Below are positions 30,300 to 40,143 of a stretch of DNA of 64,000 nucleotides, in pieces. The DNA comes from Candidatus Latescibacterota bacterium. GTDB taxonomy: Bacteria > Latescibacterota > UBA2968 > GCA-2709665. The notes beneath the pieces are model-generated. The model was not told the origin of the DNA, did not search any database, and was given only the letters and a program-made list of their open reading frames with translations. Both the position numbers and the translations under genes were made by a program. The stretch spans positions 4,512,001-4,576,000 of the forward strand of contig OZ244744.1 in the NCBI GenBank assembly GCA_965219455.1, given 5' to 3'. Positions within the stretch are counted from its first letter, which is position 1, and every line of letters starts with the position of its first letter.

Positions 30300-30998
30300 G
30301 TGCGCTGGACACTGGCGTTGTGTTGTCTGTTTTCTCTTATGGGCTGTGGTCTTCTGGACAAACAGGAAGAGCCGCAGATTGTTGCGGTCACCACGGACCA
30401 GGACGAGTATCCATCCGTAGGTCGGGGAAGCAAGGTCCAGATTACACTGTTCACAGACGACGCGGACAACGACGAACTGGACTATCTCTGGACGGATCTC
30501 AAGAAGGAGGCGGGCGGTCAGTTCGCGGCCAGCCGACTGGATTCCTTGACGGGTCTCTTCCAGGATTCCGTGACCGTGGTCTGGATTGCGCCCGTCGCGG
30601 TGGGCGTATATACGCTCAAGGTGGAGGTGGATGACGGGAGGTCCGGAACCAAAACGGAGGGGATGGTTGAAATCCACGTCACCCAGGCCCCGCCCGTGGC
30701 GGACGCAGGGATAGATCGTGCCATCGCCTACGCGAGCGGACTCCGCGTGACACTGGACGGTACGGGCAGTTCGGACCCGGAAAGGGACGTTCTCCGGTAT
30801 ATCTGGACCCAGCTGGACGGCCCCGGCGTTGATTTCGACGCAGAAAACAGCATGCCGGTTTTCCGGGCCGTTGCGCCTGCCGACTTTGTTTTTGCATTGC
30901 GGGTCCGCGACGACGTTGTCGTTGCGGAGGGCGCGGTCACAAGCGATCCGGACACCGTGACGGTGCGCGTGGACGACCGCCTGGGCTTTGGATTCTGA
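30300..30998 (+). CDS. lipoprotein with PKD/Ig-like domains
   Basis: Lipobox LMGC; PVADAG...LDGTGSSDPE..LRYIWTQ. Confidence 0.75.
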   Translation: MRWTLALCCLFSLMGCGLLDKQEEPQIVAVTTDQDEYPSVGRGSKVQITLFTDDADNDELDYLWTDLKKEAGGQFAASRLDSLTGLFQDSVTVVWIAPVAVGVYTLKVEVDDGRSGTKTEGMVEIHVTQAPPVADAGIDRAIAYASGLRVTLDGTGSSDPERDVLRYIWTQLDGPGVDFDAENSMPVFRAVAPADFVFALRVRDDVVVAEGAVTSDPDTVTVRVDDRLGFGF

Positions 30999-31036
30999 GG
31001 CGTTGTCGGGTCGGTCAACGGTGTGAGGCGCAGGCA

Positions 31037-32326
31037 TTGACCTGCCTTTTTTGTTTCTGGCGGTATCGGAGGGGACAGTTGGCGCGGGTTTCGGCAAATT
31101 CGGTCTTTCTCACCGCGGAAAAAAGCGCCCACCTGTTGGGAGGGATGCTGCTGCTGGTGGGCGTGGCCCGGTTTCTCGAGGGGAGCGGACTGGCCGACTA
31201 TGTCTTCGTTATTGGCCTGACCGCTTTTTTCGTTCCACTCCTGGATGCGGGATCGAACAACCGGGTCATCAAGGCCGCGGCGTCGAGCCTGGCCGAAGGT
31301 CGGATCGCGTGTTCCGAGGCCCTGTCGTTCAAGCTGGTGCTTGCCCTGCCGGCGCTGGGGGTGATGGTGGGGGCCGCCTGGGCGTTCGGAACCGGGCCGG
31401 ACGTGACGCTGGCCGCCCTTCTTGTGGGCGTTTCGACGGTGTTGATGAGTTTGGGCGACGGGTTCAACGCGGTGTTCAAGGGTCTCCAGCGATCCGGATA
31501 CTGCGCCCTGCTTATGCTTGGGCTCAACGTCCTGCTGCTGGCGAGCGGGTTCGGCGCGATGATTGCCGGTTGGGATATTGTGGGCGTCGGGATGTGCTAT
31601 CTGGTCTGCCGTGCGGGGTATCTGGCGGCGGGGTTTGTCTTTATCCGGCGGGCCGCGGGTGAACTCGGTCTTGCCTTGCGTCCTGGACTCAATTGGCGTC
31701 GGATCGTGGAGGGGTTGAAACATCTGCCCGCGGTGTATTTCCTGATTAATCTGTTGAACCTGAACTTCCTGACGACCTATTATCAGACCGGAGGCGGCGC
31801 GGAAGCCGGATATCTGGCCGTCGGGTACCGGCTGGCGGCAGCGCTGCTCATTCTGATTGGTGCGAGTTTTGAGGCCGTCTTGCCCGCGCTGAGCACCCGT
31901 CTGCCGGATCGGCGGGCGTTCGTGAAACTCGTCGCGCGGTCGGCCCTGACACTGACGGGCATCGCCATTGTGGTTTCGGCCGCCGTTCACGTGATGCTCG
32001 TTCCCGCGGTATCCTGGCTTCTGGGCCCGGCCTATCTCCCGGCTGTGAATTCCGCCAGGCTTCTTGTCTGGTGTGTGCCGCCCTTTGTGCTGTGCGGCCT
32101 GGCGCATACCACGCTGCTCGCGGCCCACCAGCAGGGTCGAGCGGCGGCGTGGATGGTTGTTCTGGTCGCCGCGGGGATGGGCGCCGGTGTTCTGACACAC
32201 CATTTCCACGGCGCCACCCTGACGGCGCTTGTGCCCACGATCACCGGATGCGTACTGGCAGTCGTTCTATGGAGGCTTGTGGGGAGCCGGCGAGAGGTGT
32301 TCAACCGGCCGGGCGCAGCTTCTTAG
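31037..32326 (+). CDS. polysaccharide flippase (Wzx/MOP-like)
   Basis: About 12 TMs; AGYLAVGYRL, VLPALS; start uncertain. Confidence 0.7.
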   Translation: MTCLFCFWRYRRGQLARVSANSVFLTAEKSAHLLGGMLLLVGVARFLEGSGLADYVFVIGLTAFFVPLLDAGSNNRVIKAAASSLAEGRIACSEALSFKLVLALPALGVMVGAAWAFGTGPDVTLAALLVGVSTVLMSLGDGFNAVFKGLQRSGYCALLMLGLNVLLLASGFGAMIAGWDIVGVGMCYLVCRAGYLAAGFVFIRRAAGELGLALRPGLNWRRIVEGLKHLPAVYFLINLLNLNFLTTYYQTGGGAEAGYLAVGYRLAAALLILIGASFEAVLPALSTRLPDRRAFVKLVARSALTLTGIAIVVSAAVHVMLVPAVSWLLGPAYLPAVNSARLLVWCVPPFVLCGLAHTTLLAAHQQGRAAAWMVVLVAAGMGAGVLTHHFHGATLTALVPTITGCVLAVVLWRLVGSRREVFNRPGAAS

Positions 32327-34449
32327 AACAGGCTGAGTTGCTCACTCGCGGATTGTTTCAGGAGAGGAAAAAGCCGATAGAATTCAGCTTCGTCGAAGAG
32401 GTCGCGGAAGCGTCCGGCCATATCGTGCAGTCTTCGTAGCAGATAGCGTCTGTCTTCGTCGTTGGCGTAGGTTTCAATTCGCGCGAGGCTGCCGTCGTTT
32501 CTCTGGTAGACGGCAATCCTGTCTCCCACTTCACATCCCTCTGCGGCCGCGGCCAGCCGACGCAGGTTCGGACTCGAAAACGTCTTTTCGGTGATGCTTT
32601 CCCTTCGGCAGAATTCTCCGTGATCGAATTGACCCGCCTGCAGACGGTCGGCGAATTCCATGTAGAGGGCCGACGCGGCATCGGATTGTCGGTTGATCAA
32701 CAACGGAGCGAGTTTCCGGATAAATTCACGGAAAACGCGCTCGTCGCGGCGGCTGCGCAGACTGCTGCCTTTGATGATCAGGCGCCCGTTGTGGTCAACC
32801 AGAACATAGTTTTTGGCTTTGAGAGAGATCATACGCCGGTACCGGCCGTCGTGGGATAGGTGGATGCCCTCTGGCAGTTCTCCGGAGAGTGCTTCGATGA
32901 AAAGGTGTTCTTCCCGTTCCGTGTCGATTCCGGGGGGCAGGACGAAATACACGCCGTCGGTATCCGCTTCGATGAGCCGGGCGTTCCTATCCCGCAGCAT
33001 CGTCACAACCTGCCGGGCAATCTGCTGGCCACGGGTTGTGATCTGTTCCGCCGCCTTGTAGTCGTTGAAATTCGCCCTTCCGTACCCCAGGTATCCGTAA
33101 AACGAGTTGATCAGGATCTTGTAACTCCCCTGCAGTCCGTCCCAGTAGGATCGGTCGGCATCGGTATTGGATTCCTTCAGGCGTGATTTGGCTTCCAGGC
33201 GTCGCCGGGTCAGGCGCTGCAGCATGGGCAGGAACACGTTTTCGGTGTCGGAACCGGGCCGGATGCCGTAGTTTAACATGATGGAAGGGTAGAGGCTTTC
33301 CACGTCGGCCTTGACCACCCGGTCGAAAATGCCCGAGTCAAACAGTTCGGTATATCCTCCCCCGAACGGCTCCGGGTGATGGGGGCGTGGAACGGCGAGG
33401 CCCCGGCGGAGGTAGGCCCCGATCATCAGGGCATTGATCTTTTCGCCGGGCCCGGTAATCGCGACGTCCTGAAACCGGTACGGCAGCACCTGGGTCTGGT
33501 AGAATTCGGTGGTGGCGACGATTTCGCTCAACGCGCGAACGTCACGGACGTCGTCCAGCGCGTACTCCGCCACCCGGCCCGGATCGCTACGCCAGATTCT
33601 CCGGATGTCGGCCCCCTCGACGAAGACACGGTCCACGCGCTCCAGACCGAGCGCGTGAACGACGTTCTTCAGGCCGTAACTCTCCAGGCGACCGCCAATG
33701 TCGTATCGCTGCACCTGGTGATAGGTGTCAACAATGTGGCGGCCGTGAATGTAGGCCGGACGAAAGGTGCGACTGCGGGCGCCGACCCTGTATCGACGCA
33801 ACCCGTTTCCGGCTTTCAGTTCGGAGCCGTCCCGGCCCCAGGGCAGGTTGACGTTGAGGGCCCGGGCGCGAACCCGGATGTAGTTGAGGTCGAAGTCGAA
33901 GATGTTGTGGCCTTCGATAATATCGGGGTCGCGGCTCCGAATGCGCTGATTGAGTACCTCGAGGAGGGCGCCTTCGGACATCTCCCGGGCGCCGAGCACT
34001 TCCTCGTAGTTTCTGTTGTCGGAAAGCGCGACCAGGATAATGCCTGCCCCCGGCGCTTCGGGGTTGAGGCCGGTGGTTTCGATATCCAGTTGCAGGCGGT
34101 GGACGTCGTTGTAACGCATGCCCCGAAAGAGCGTGTTTCCGGAGAGCAGCAGGTGTTGTTTGACCGGATTGTTGAAGTCGAAATGGGCAACGCCGTCCGC
34201 GGACAGTTGTCCCCGGGCGTCCAGATAATCGTTCCAGGAGTGGAAGTGGACCAGGAACCGAAGCTGTCCGCCGCCCTTGAGGCGCACAATTTTTCGAACG
34301 CCCGAGAGGCTGGCCCTGTCGCACTCTTCAGGGGCCTCGACCAGCAGCCAGGGCGAAAAGGGATGGGTCTCGCGTCCGGCGCGGGTATAAAACGCCATCT
34401 GGTTCCCGTTGATCAGTTCAACCGCGAGGATTTCGGATTGTGGACGCAC
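32323..34449 (-). CDS. family B DNA polymerase with 3'-5' exonuclease
   Basis: LDIETTG, GHNIFDFD, DVESLYPSIM, KILINSFYG, EADTDG; C-terminal QLSLF clamp-binding motif. Confidence 0.92.
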   Translation of the reverse strand: MRPQSEILAVELINGNQMAFYTRAGRETHPFSPWLLVEAPEECDRASLSGVRKIVRLKGGGQLRFLVHFHSWNDYLDARGQLSADGVAHFDFNNPVKQHLLLSGNTLFRGMRYNDVHRLQLDIETTGLNPEAPGAGIILVALSDNRNYEEVLGAREMSEGALLEVLNQRIRSRDPDIIEGHNIFDFDLNYIRVRARALNVNLPWGRDGSELKAGNGLRRYRVGARSRTFRPAYIHGRHIVDTYHQVQRYDIGGRLESYGLKNVVHALGLERVDRVFVEGADIRRIWRSDPGRVAEYALDDVRDVRALSEIVATTEFYQTQVLPYRFQDVAITGPGEKINALMIGAYLRRGLAVPRPHHPEPFGGGYTELFDSGIFDRVVKADVESLYPSIMLNYGIRPGSDTENVFLPMLQRLTRRRLEAKSRLKESNTDADRSYWDGLQGSYKILINSFYGYLGYGRANFNDYKAAEQITTRGQQIARQVVTMLRDRNARLIEADTDGVYFVLPPGIDTEREEHLFIEALSGELPEGIHLSHDGRYRRMISLKAKNYVLVDHNGRLIIKGSSLRSRRDERVFREFIRKLAPLLINRQSDAASALYMEFADRLQAGQFDHGEFCRRESITEKTFSSPNLRRLAAAAEGCEVGDRIAVYQRNDGSLARIETYANDEDRRYLLRRLHDMAGRFRDLFDEAEFYRLFPLLKQSASEQLSLF

Positions 34450-34565
34450 GGTTCGCAGCCCGTTTCAATTCTGGACATGATGGGGTCGGGTACCCTACAA
34501 TATAGCCAAGTGAACAGCGTCCTGGAAGGGCTATACGGAAGTATACCCCGAGCGGAGTACCGCAA

Positions 34566-35312
34566 ATGAACCGACTTCAACCGGAATCCGGCGCCTCCGC
34601 GCCCACCCCTGAGCGGTCACGGACTGCCCTTCTGCTTCGTGCCGGCACCTGGATCGTGCTGGCGGTGGCGTTCCTGGCCGCGGTGTGGTGGGCCTGGACA
34701 CAGGACTCCGGTACTGCGGATCGGGCCGTCGGCTTCCTCGCGGGATTGCCTCTGTTTCTGACGCTGGTCGATCTCTGGACACTTGCAATCGCCCGGTTCT
34801 GGCGGCCGGTGCGTTCGCCGCTGAGGGTGCCGGTCCGTACGCCGATCGTCCTCGCGTTCGTGCATGCAGTGCTCTGGTTCTGCATGCGCTATCTGCTTGC
34901 GCCCGAAGTTTTCGATCGCTCCGACCCAGCGGCTGGCGGGCAAGGAGACCCGGCAATTCGATGGGGGGTTGCGCTGCTATTCGGCCTGCTATGGATGGTG
35001 GGAACCGTGGCCGTCTTCTTTGAAATTCGCCTCCTGCGCTGGGTGCTGATTTCGGAGGATACGGCGGTGGTTGAAGAGAAGCAGGAAGAACTCGAATCGG
35101 AGTCGGATATGCCCGCCGGGCCGGAGCACAATTACGAGGTGCAGACGATCCTGAACCGGCTGGGATACGAAACCGGACCGGTCGACGGAGAACTGAACGC
35201 AGCCACACGGGAGGCCTTGAGAAAGTTCCAGGCGGACGCCGGACTGGACCCCACGGGAGAGATGACCATGCTGACTGTCATCGAATTGCGGAATCGGTGG
35301 GGGGACAGGTGA
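34566..35312 (+). CDS. membrane protein with C-terminal peptidoglycan-binding domain
   Basis: Four TMs, then VQTILNRLGY..GPVDG....TREALRKFQ...GL.PTG. Confidence 0.8.
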   Translation: MNRLQPESGASAPTPERSRTALLLRAGTWIVLAVAFLAAVWWAWTQDSGTADRAVGFLAGLPLFLTLVDLWTLAIARFWRPVRSPLRVPVRTPIVLAFVHAVLWFCMRYLLAPEVFDRSDPAAGGQGDPAIRWGVALLFGLLWMVGTVAVFFEIRLLRWVLISEDTAVVEEKQEELESESDMPAGPEHNYEVQTILNRLGYETGPVDGELNAATREALRKFQADAGLDPTGEMTMLTVIELRNRWGDR

Positions 35313-35426
35313 CAAAAGTGCATAAGGGTGGAGAAGGCGAGTGACGCTTTCAAGGAACTTGGCAGGGGCGGCATCTTCGACGTGCAATGTCAGACGGGGT
35401 CGCTATAAACCCGATCCGTCGGAAAC

Positions 35427-35661
35427 ATAAAGCGCTTGACCGGGCATGCGGAAAAACCAATATTAACAAGTGGATATCGATACATATGTTACGACACAAA
35501 AGCTTGAACGCGGGACGGACCTGCGATATATCCAGGTGTTGCTGGGGCATGCAAGCCCAAAAACCACACAGATCTATACTCGGGTGACGAATCGGGATCT
35601 CGCGAAAATCCAGAGCCCGCTGGATGCATTGATGGAAGAAAGGGAGGCAGTTTTTGATTAG
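35427..35661 (+). pseudogene. tyrosine recombinase/integron-integrase-like C-terminal remnant (copy 1)
   Basis: KALDRAC...SIHMLRH, frameshifting deletion, then LERGTDLRYIQVLLGHASPKTTQIYTRV...SPLDAL. Confidence 0.85.
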
Positions 35662-35798
35662 ATACGATGCCACCATAGGAAGCATTCCTGAACATGTTCG
35701 GGCTACAAGCTTCAAAGTGGGATGTTCCCGAACGTTCGCAGATCTTCGGATCAGGTACGCATTACCGTAACTGTTCGGTAATCCCGTAGTTAGCAGCC
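35662..35798 (+). other. putative attI-like primary recombination site (copy 1), crossover G|TT at 35789
   Basis: Homologous to 45168-45298 up to CGTAGTTA, then diverges; GTTAGCAGCC is the reverse complement of the inverse core of the next attC. Confidence 0.65.
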
Positions 35799-36157
35799 AT
35801 GCCAGTCGAATCCAATGATTGCGAATGACCTCCGTGCCGCTCTGGTTGCGGCGTTACCTGCACTCCTGCTTCCATCCTCATGACAGCGGGGAGGGTCGTT
35901 GAGGTCCTCGGGTTAAACGTGGGAGCGCTGGCAACCAGAGCGTTTTTCGTCCATTCTCTGACTTTGCTCCTGTTGCTCGGGACGATCCTGAGTTGACGGC
36001 GACAGCCGAGCTTGGGCTGCTGCTGGCCGGGTTCAGCCTGATATTTCTCGGCTTCTCGATCATGATGAGCGGCCGTGAATCATGGAAGGCCGTTCTCTGC
36101 GTTCTCCGCGGGCTCTGCGGGTAAAAAAAACCGGTACAGATTTTGGAGGTCATCGCT

Positions 36158-38416
36158 ATGATCAAGCCAAGTCACGAGTGGGTACGGCGGGCGCGCACCT
36201 TTCAGATAGAGCAATACCACCCGCCCTTCTGGCCCGACATCGACTTTGACGCGAAGCAGCTCGTCGATGTCGTGCGGAAATACCACGCCAACGCCATTTG
36301 GTTCGGCAGCGCGGGCAAATGGGCGGTCTTCCCCAATGAGTTCTTTCCCCCGCACCCTCAATTAAGTGAGCGCGACCTGCTCGCCGAGACCATCGCCGAG
36401 GCCCATGCGCGGGACGTGCGCGTCATCGGGTACATTCCCGTGGGGCACATTATTCCCGAAGACAACATGCTGATCCATCATCCGGAGTGGATGTACCGCC
36501 CCAGCCCCGAAGGCGACGCTCCTGTCCTGAGGCACCACGGCGGCGGATTTCACCGGCACGTCTGCTTCAACACACCGTACCGAGAGGCCATCTGCGCTTT
36601 CATCGCACAAGTGGTGGACCACGACGTCGACGCGATCTACACCGATTCTGCCTGTCCTTACCATTCGCACCACACCCCGCAGTCGCCCTTGTGCTACTGC
36701 GACTATTGCCTCGAGAAGTTCGAGAGGCAATTCGGCTGCCCAATGCCGTATGCACCCGATCCGCACAGCCTGCCTCGGGAAGACCAGGAGATGCTGGAAG
36801 AGTGGAGCCTGCAGTACGGCAGGATCGTCGGCGATGTCTTTCTCGAATTCGCCGCCGCGACGCGAAAGAAGAAGGACATCCCAGTGCTGACGCACGGCCT
36901 GGGTGTGGGCGACTGGCCCGAACGCAGGATCGTGGAGGTGCACGATGGACTCCTCTACGAGGCCGGGGGCGACTTCCTTCATCGGCTCGAGGCGGCCAGT
37001 CTGGCCGAGTCGTCGGGTTGGGCCATGTGGCAATACGTCGGCGCCTTGACGGGCTGGTCGCGGGCGCAGTGCTTCGGCATGGAACTCGTCGAGGAGGCGG
37101 CAGCCAGCTTTGCTTCCGGAGGGGCCGTCCTGGTGGCGTGCGGCGTGAACCTTTGGCTGTCGCCTCCCCATAAAGCCAATCGTGAGCTGGCGGAGCTCCT
37201 TGAGATCCTGGAGAGGAACGAGTCACTCTTCGAAGATCTCCACCCGTCACCGTTTGTTGCTATTCCGTTTGTTTTGCCGGTGCGGGTGTATGAGATGCTC
37301 GAGCGGGTGCGGTTCCGCGCCGAGCCCCTGGTGATGCGCGATCGTCGGCACGATGTCATCGGCCAGTCCAAGCAGGACCTCGCCGACCGTCCGGGGGAGC
37401 TCGAGGCCCCGCTCTCCGAGGCGGGCTATCTCGTGCGCACGCCCCCGCAGCAATCCTGCCGTCGCGGGGCCTTCTCGACCATGCTGGCCAACCATTTGCC
37501 GACATCGGTGATCGAGGAGCGGGTTCTCTCCGATCCAGCGGCGTTGGCAAAGTATCCCGTTCTGCTTCTGCCCAACGTCGGCCATCTCACGCGGGAGGAA
37601 GTCGAAGGCATCACGGAATATGTGAAGGCGGGCGGGCGGCTCCTGGCGACGTACCGGACGAGCCTGTACGGTGCCGAGCCCGATGAGATGCGCGACAACT
37701 TCGCCTTGGCGGACCTTCTGGGCGTGGACCGCGTGGACCCGAACCCCGACCAATTCGCTGATTACGAACAACACCTCTGGGCCGCCGGGACGTTCGACAC
37801 GTACGGCTGCTGCGTTCCAGGTCAATGGCTGGCCGAGGGGTGCTCGCATGAGCTGTGGCCGCTCAATCGGTTCGAGTTCGTCCAAGCGCGGCCGGGAACC
37901 GACGTGGTGGCGAACATCGTCTTCGGCGGGCGCGAGGACGACGCTCTGTGTCCCGCCGTCACCTGCCGGACGGTTGGCAAGGGCCGCGTCGTCTATCTGG
38001 CCGCGCCGGTGGAGGAGCTTCATTTCGAATATCGCCTGCTGGTGGTCCGCGATCTTCTGGGCGCCGTGGTGGATTGGCTCTACCCGGAGGGCCGGCCTCT
38101 GATGACCGATGGCCCGAACCAACTCGTGATGATTCCGAATGAGAAACCGGGAAGCCAAGTGTTGTTTCTGATCAATCACACCGGCGAGCGCGTCGAGCAT
38201 CTGCCGGGGATCTGGCCGCGCTTCAGCCCACAGTTTGACTATGTGACCACGATACCCGAAGTGAACCTGCGCTGGCAGCTCACGGAGCGGGGCACTCCTC
38301 GTCGCGTGTGGGACGTTTGCACGGGAGATGACCTGGAGGTCACGTTCGACGGAAACCACTTGGAAACCATATTAACGAACATTGGACAGTACGCGATGAT
38401 TGCCGCTGAGTTCTGA
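36158..38416 (+). CDS. putative glycoside hydrolase (GHL6/GH42-like TIM barrel plus trimerisation domain)
   Basis: RDLLAETIAEAHARDVRV, CFNTPY, CYCDYC, LAKYPVLLLPN..L...V..GGRLLATY.TSL. Confidence 0.7.
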   Translation: MIKPSHEWVRRARTFQIEQYHPPFWPDIDFDAKQLVDVVRKYHANAIWFGSAGKWAVFPNEFFPPHPQLSERDLLAETIAEAHARDVRVIGYIPVGHIIPEDNMLIHHPEWMYRPSPEGDAPVLRHHGGGFHRHVCFNTPYREAICAFIAQVVDHDVDAIYTDSACPYHSHHTPQSPLCYCDYCLEKFERQFGCPMPYAPDPHSLPREDQEMLEEWSLQYGRIVGDVFLEFAAATRKKKDIPVLTHGLGVGDWPERRIVEVHDGLLYEAGGDFLHRLEAASLAESSGWAMWQYVGALTGWSRAQCFGMELVEEAAASFASGGAVLVACGVNLWLSPPHKANRELAELLEILERNESLFEDLHPSPFVAIPFVLPVRVYEMLERVRFRAEPLVMRDRRHDVIGQSKQDLADRPGELEAPLSEAGYLVRTPPQQSCRRGAFSTMLANHLPTSVIEERVLSDPAALAKYPVLLLPNVGHLTREEVEGITEYVKAGGRLLATYRTSLYGAEPDEMRDNFALADLLGVDRVDPNPDQFADYEQHLWAAGTFDTYGCCVPGQWLAEGCSHELWPLNRFEFVQARPGTDVVANIVFGGREDDALCPAVTCRTVGKGRVVYLAAPVEELHFEYRLLVVRDLLGAVVDWLYPEGRPLMTDGPNQLVMIPNEKPGSQVLFLINHTGERVEHLPGIWPRFSPQFDYVTTIPEVNLRWQLTERGTPRRVWDVCTGDDLEVTFDGNHLETILTNIGQYAMIAAEF

Positions 38417-38555
38417 TTGAATCATCGACCTTGCCAGGCTGTTATCCCAACGTCCTTCCCGGAAGCGGGATCGTAAGGCCTCACCACAGAGCCACAGAGG
38501 TCGAATCGTGGAGTAGAGGGGCAGTCGAATGTCTTCCCAGTTCGAATCATGATAT

Positions 38556-38744
38556 GGTGAGACCGACCTCCATCTGCCACCTGGATGGGGGAGGGTCCCC
38601 TATTCCGACGCGATACCTCATCTGAAAGACTACGAAGGTCTTTGGATCCTAGAAGTCCACGAAAGATTCAGGGATAATTGGAGTGGATGCTTGGAAGTGA
38701 TGGAAAGGCTTTTTGAGGCAAAGAACCGAAGCACCGGCTGCTAA
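38556..38744 (+). pseudogene. 3' remnant of a sugar-phosphate isomerase/TIM-barrel cassette gene
   Basis: GETDLHLPPGWGRVPY...WILEV...*, with TAA inside the attC inverse core; no start. Confidence 0.5.
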
Positions 38745-38847
38745 CAGGTCCACTTGCGCTTCGGTCGCTTACGCTCCCTTCGGCCTGACGGCAACCCGCC
38801 TACGCTGACGCTTCGGCGGGTTCGCAAGTGGCCAGAAATCGTTAGCC
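38739..38847 (+). repeat. attC site
   Basis: GGCTGCTAAC...CCACTTGCG/CGCAAGTGG stem...GTTAGCC; similar to 50446-50540. Confidence 0.88.
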
Positions 38848-38946
38848 GCATTGATTTCCATACGTAGTTAGACAGCACGAGACAGCCTGTCCGCACTTTT
38901 ACAGTCCAATTGCGACGCAATTCTTACAGCAACACAAGAGGATATA

Positions 38947-39867
38947 ATGAGTATTGCTACTGAACCCTGCCCTGGGCAGCTACGCCACCACTCTTACGCC
39001 GTGGTGCGCGGTTTGTTCGACGCAGCGACGACAAAACGGCTGCGCGAGATCTGTGAGCGAGTGCTGGAACAGTGGCGGCGCGCTCCTCGCTGTGACAATC
39101 CACCGGTGGGGCCCCAGGCCAATTACATGAGGCACCTGAACGACCCGGAATATCACCGCGATCACCCCGACGATCTCGCCTTTCTGCTCAATGCCATGGG
39201 GTCGCCCCAAGTTGTCGAATCGCTGAGCGCAGCCTTGGATGAAGAATTCCTCTTCGCCTTGAGCAGTCTCTACTGTAATCCGACCGGAGAAAGCCAGGAC
39301 GGATTTTGGCACAAGGACAAGATCGGTGCAGAAGCAGACGTATCCCGGAGACCGGAGACCGGAGCCGGGTTGCAGATGCAAATCGCATTGGTCCCTACCG
39401 ACGATCTCGAATTGGTGCCGGGGTCTCACCTGCGTGACTACTCCCCCGAAGAGCACGCGATCTGCGTCGCCGATGATGGGATCCACAACCGCTCGAACGA
39501 TATGCCTGGCGCCGTTCGTCTCCACCAGGAACCCGGTGACGCGGTGCTGTTTACCCAGTTGTGCATTCATCGGGGCCGCTATCACACCGACAAGCTCAGG
39601 CGCTCGTTGATGATCTCGGTAAAAAAACGGGCCGCCGCAGAGTTCACGATGCGCCAGCGGGGGCTGAACTACGCCAGTGACCAGCCATGGTTTTTGCTGC
39701 CGCAATACTTCGATGGCGTCAGTGAGGATGCGCGAGCGTTCTTCCAGGAATTCGTCGGCTTCTACGCCCCGCATTGGCGCGCCCGGCTGACGGAGGTGTT
39801 GAAGTACTCGAGTCTGGTACAAAGCCTGGTGGAAGCCGGCGAGCCGTACCCGTTTTTTGGTGAATGA
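38947..39867 (+). CDS. phytanoyl-CoA dioxygenase family (Fe/2OG)
   Basis: WHKD, LELVPGSH, PGDAVLF....HRG. Confidence 0.85.
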   Translation: MSIATEPCPGQLRHHSYAVVRGLFDAATTKRLREICERVLEQWRRAPRCDNPPVGPQANYMRHLNDPEYHRDHPDDLAFLLNAMGSPQVVESLSAALDEEFLFALSSLYCNPTGESQDGFWHKDKIGAEADVSRRPETGAGLQMQIALVPTDDLELVPGSHLRDYSPEEHAICVADDGIHNRSNDMPGAVRLHQEPGDAVLFTQLCIHRGRYHTDKLRRSLMISVKKRAAAEFTMRQRGLNYASDQPWFLLPQYFDGVSEDARAFFQEFVGFYAPHWRARLTEVLKYSSLVQSLVEAGEPYPFFGE

Positions 39868-39946
39868 GAAGTCTGTCTGAATGAGTTAGCGGCTACATTT
39901 TGATACATAAGGCCCCGACAATGAACGGATACGAATTAATCACGAC

Positions 39947-40047
39947 GGCTAACACCGGCTTTACGCTTCGGGGCATCCGCCCCTCGGCCCTGCGGGCACA
40001 TGGGCCTTTGGGACTGGCCCACGTCGTAAAGCCAAGAACCGTTAACC
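39947..40047 (+). repeat. attC site
   Basis: CGGCTAAC...GGCTTTACG/CGTAAAGCC...GTTAACC. Confidence 0.88.
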
Positions 40048-40143
40048 GAAAGCGGCACAAAGACAGAGCGGCCATCCCTGGCCGCCAAAAGCAAAGAATC
40101 GCTGATACACCTCGATCCAGCATTTCACCTGAGGTGTAAACCG

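Noticed and set aside
35685-35745. LexA (GAAC-N4-GTTC) box in the att region
   Set aside because: Spacing is N2 or N0, and the site is downstream of the recombinase gene
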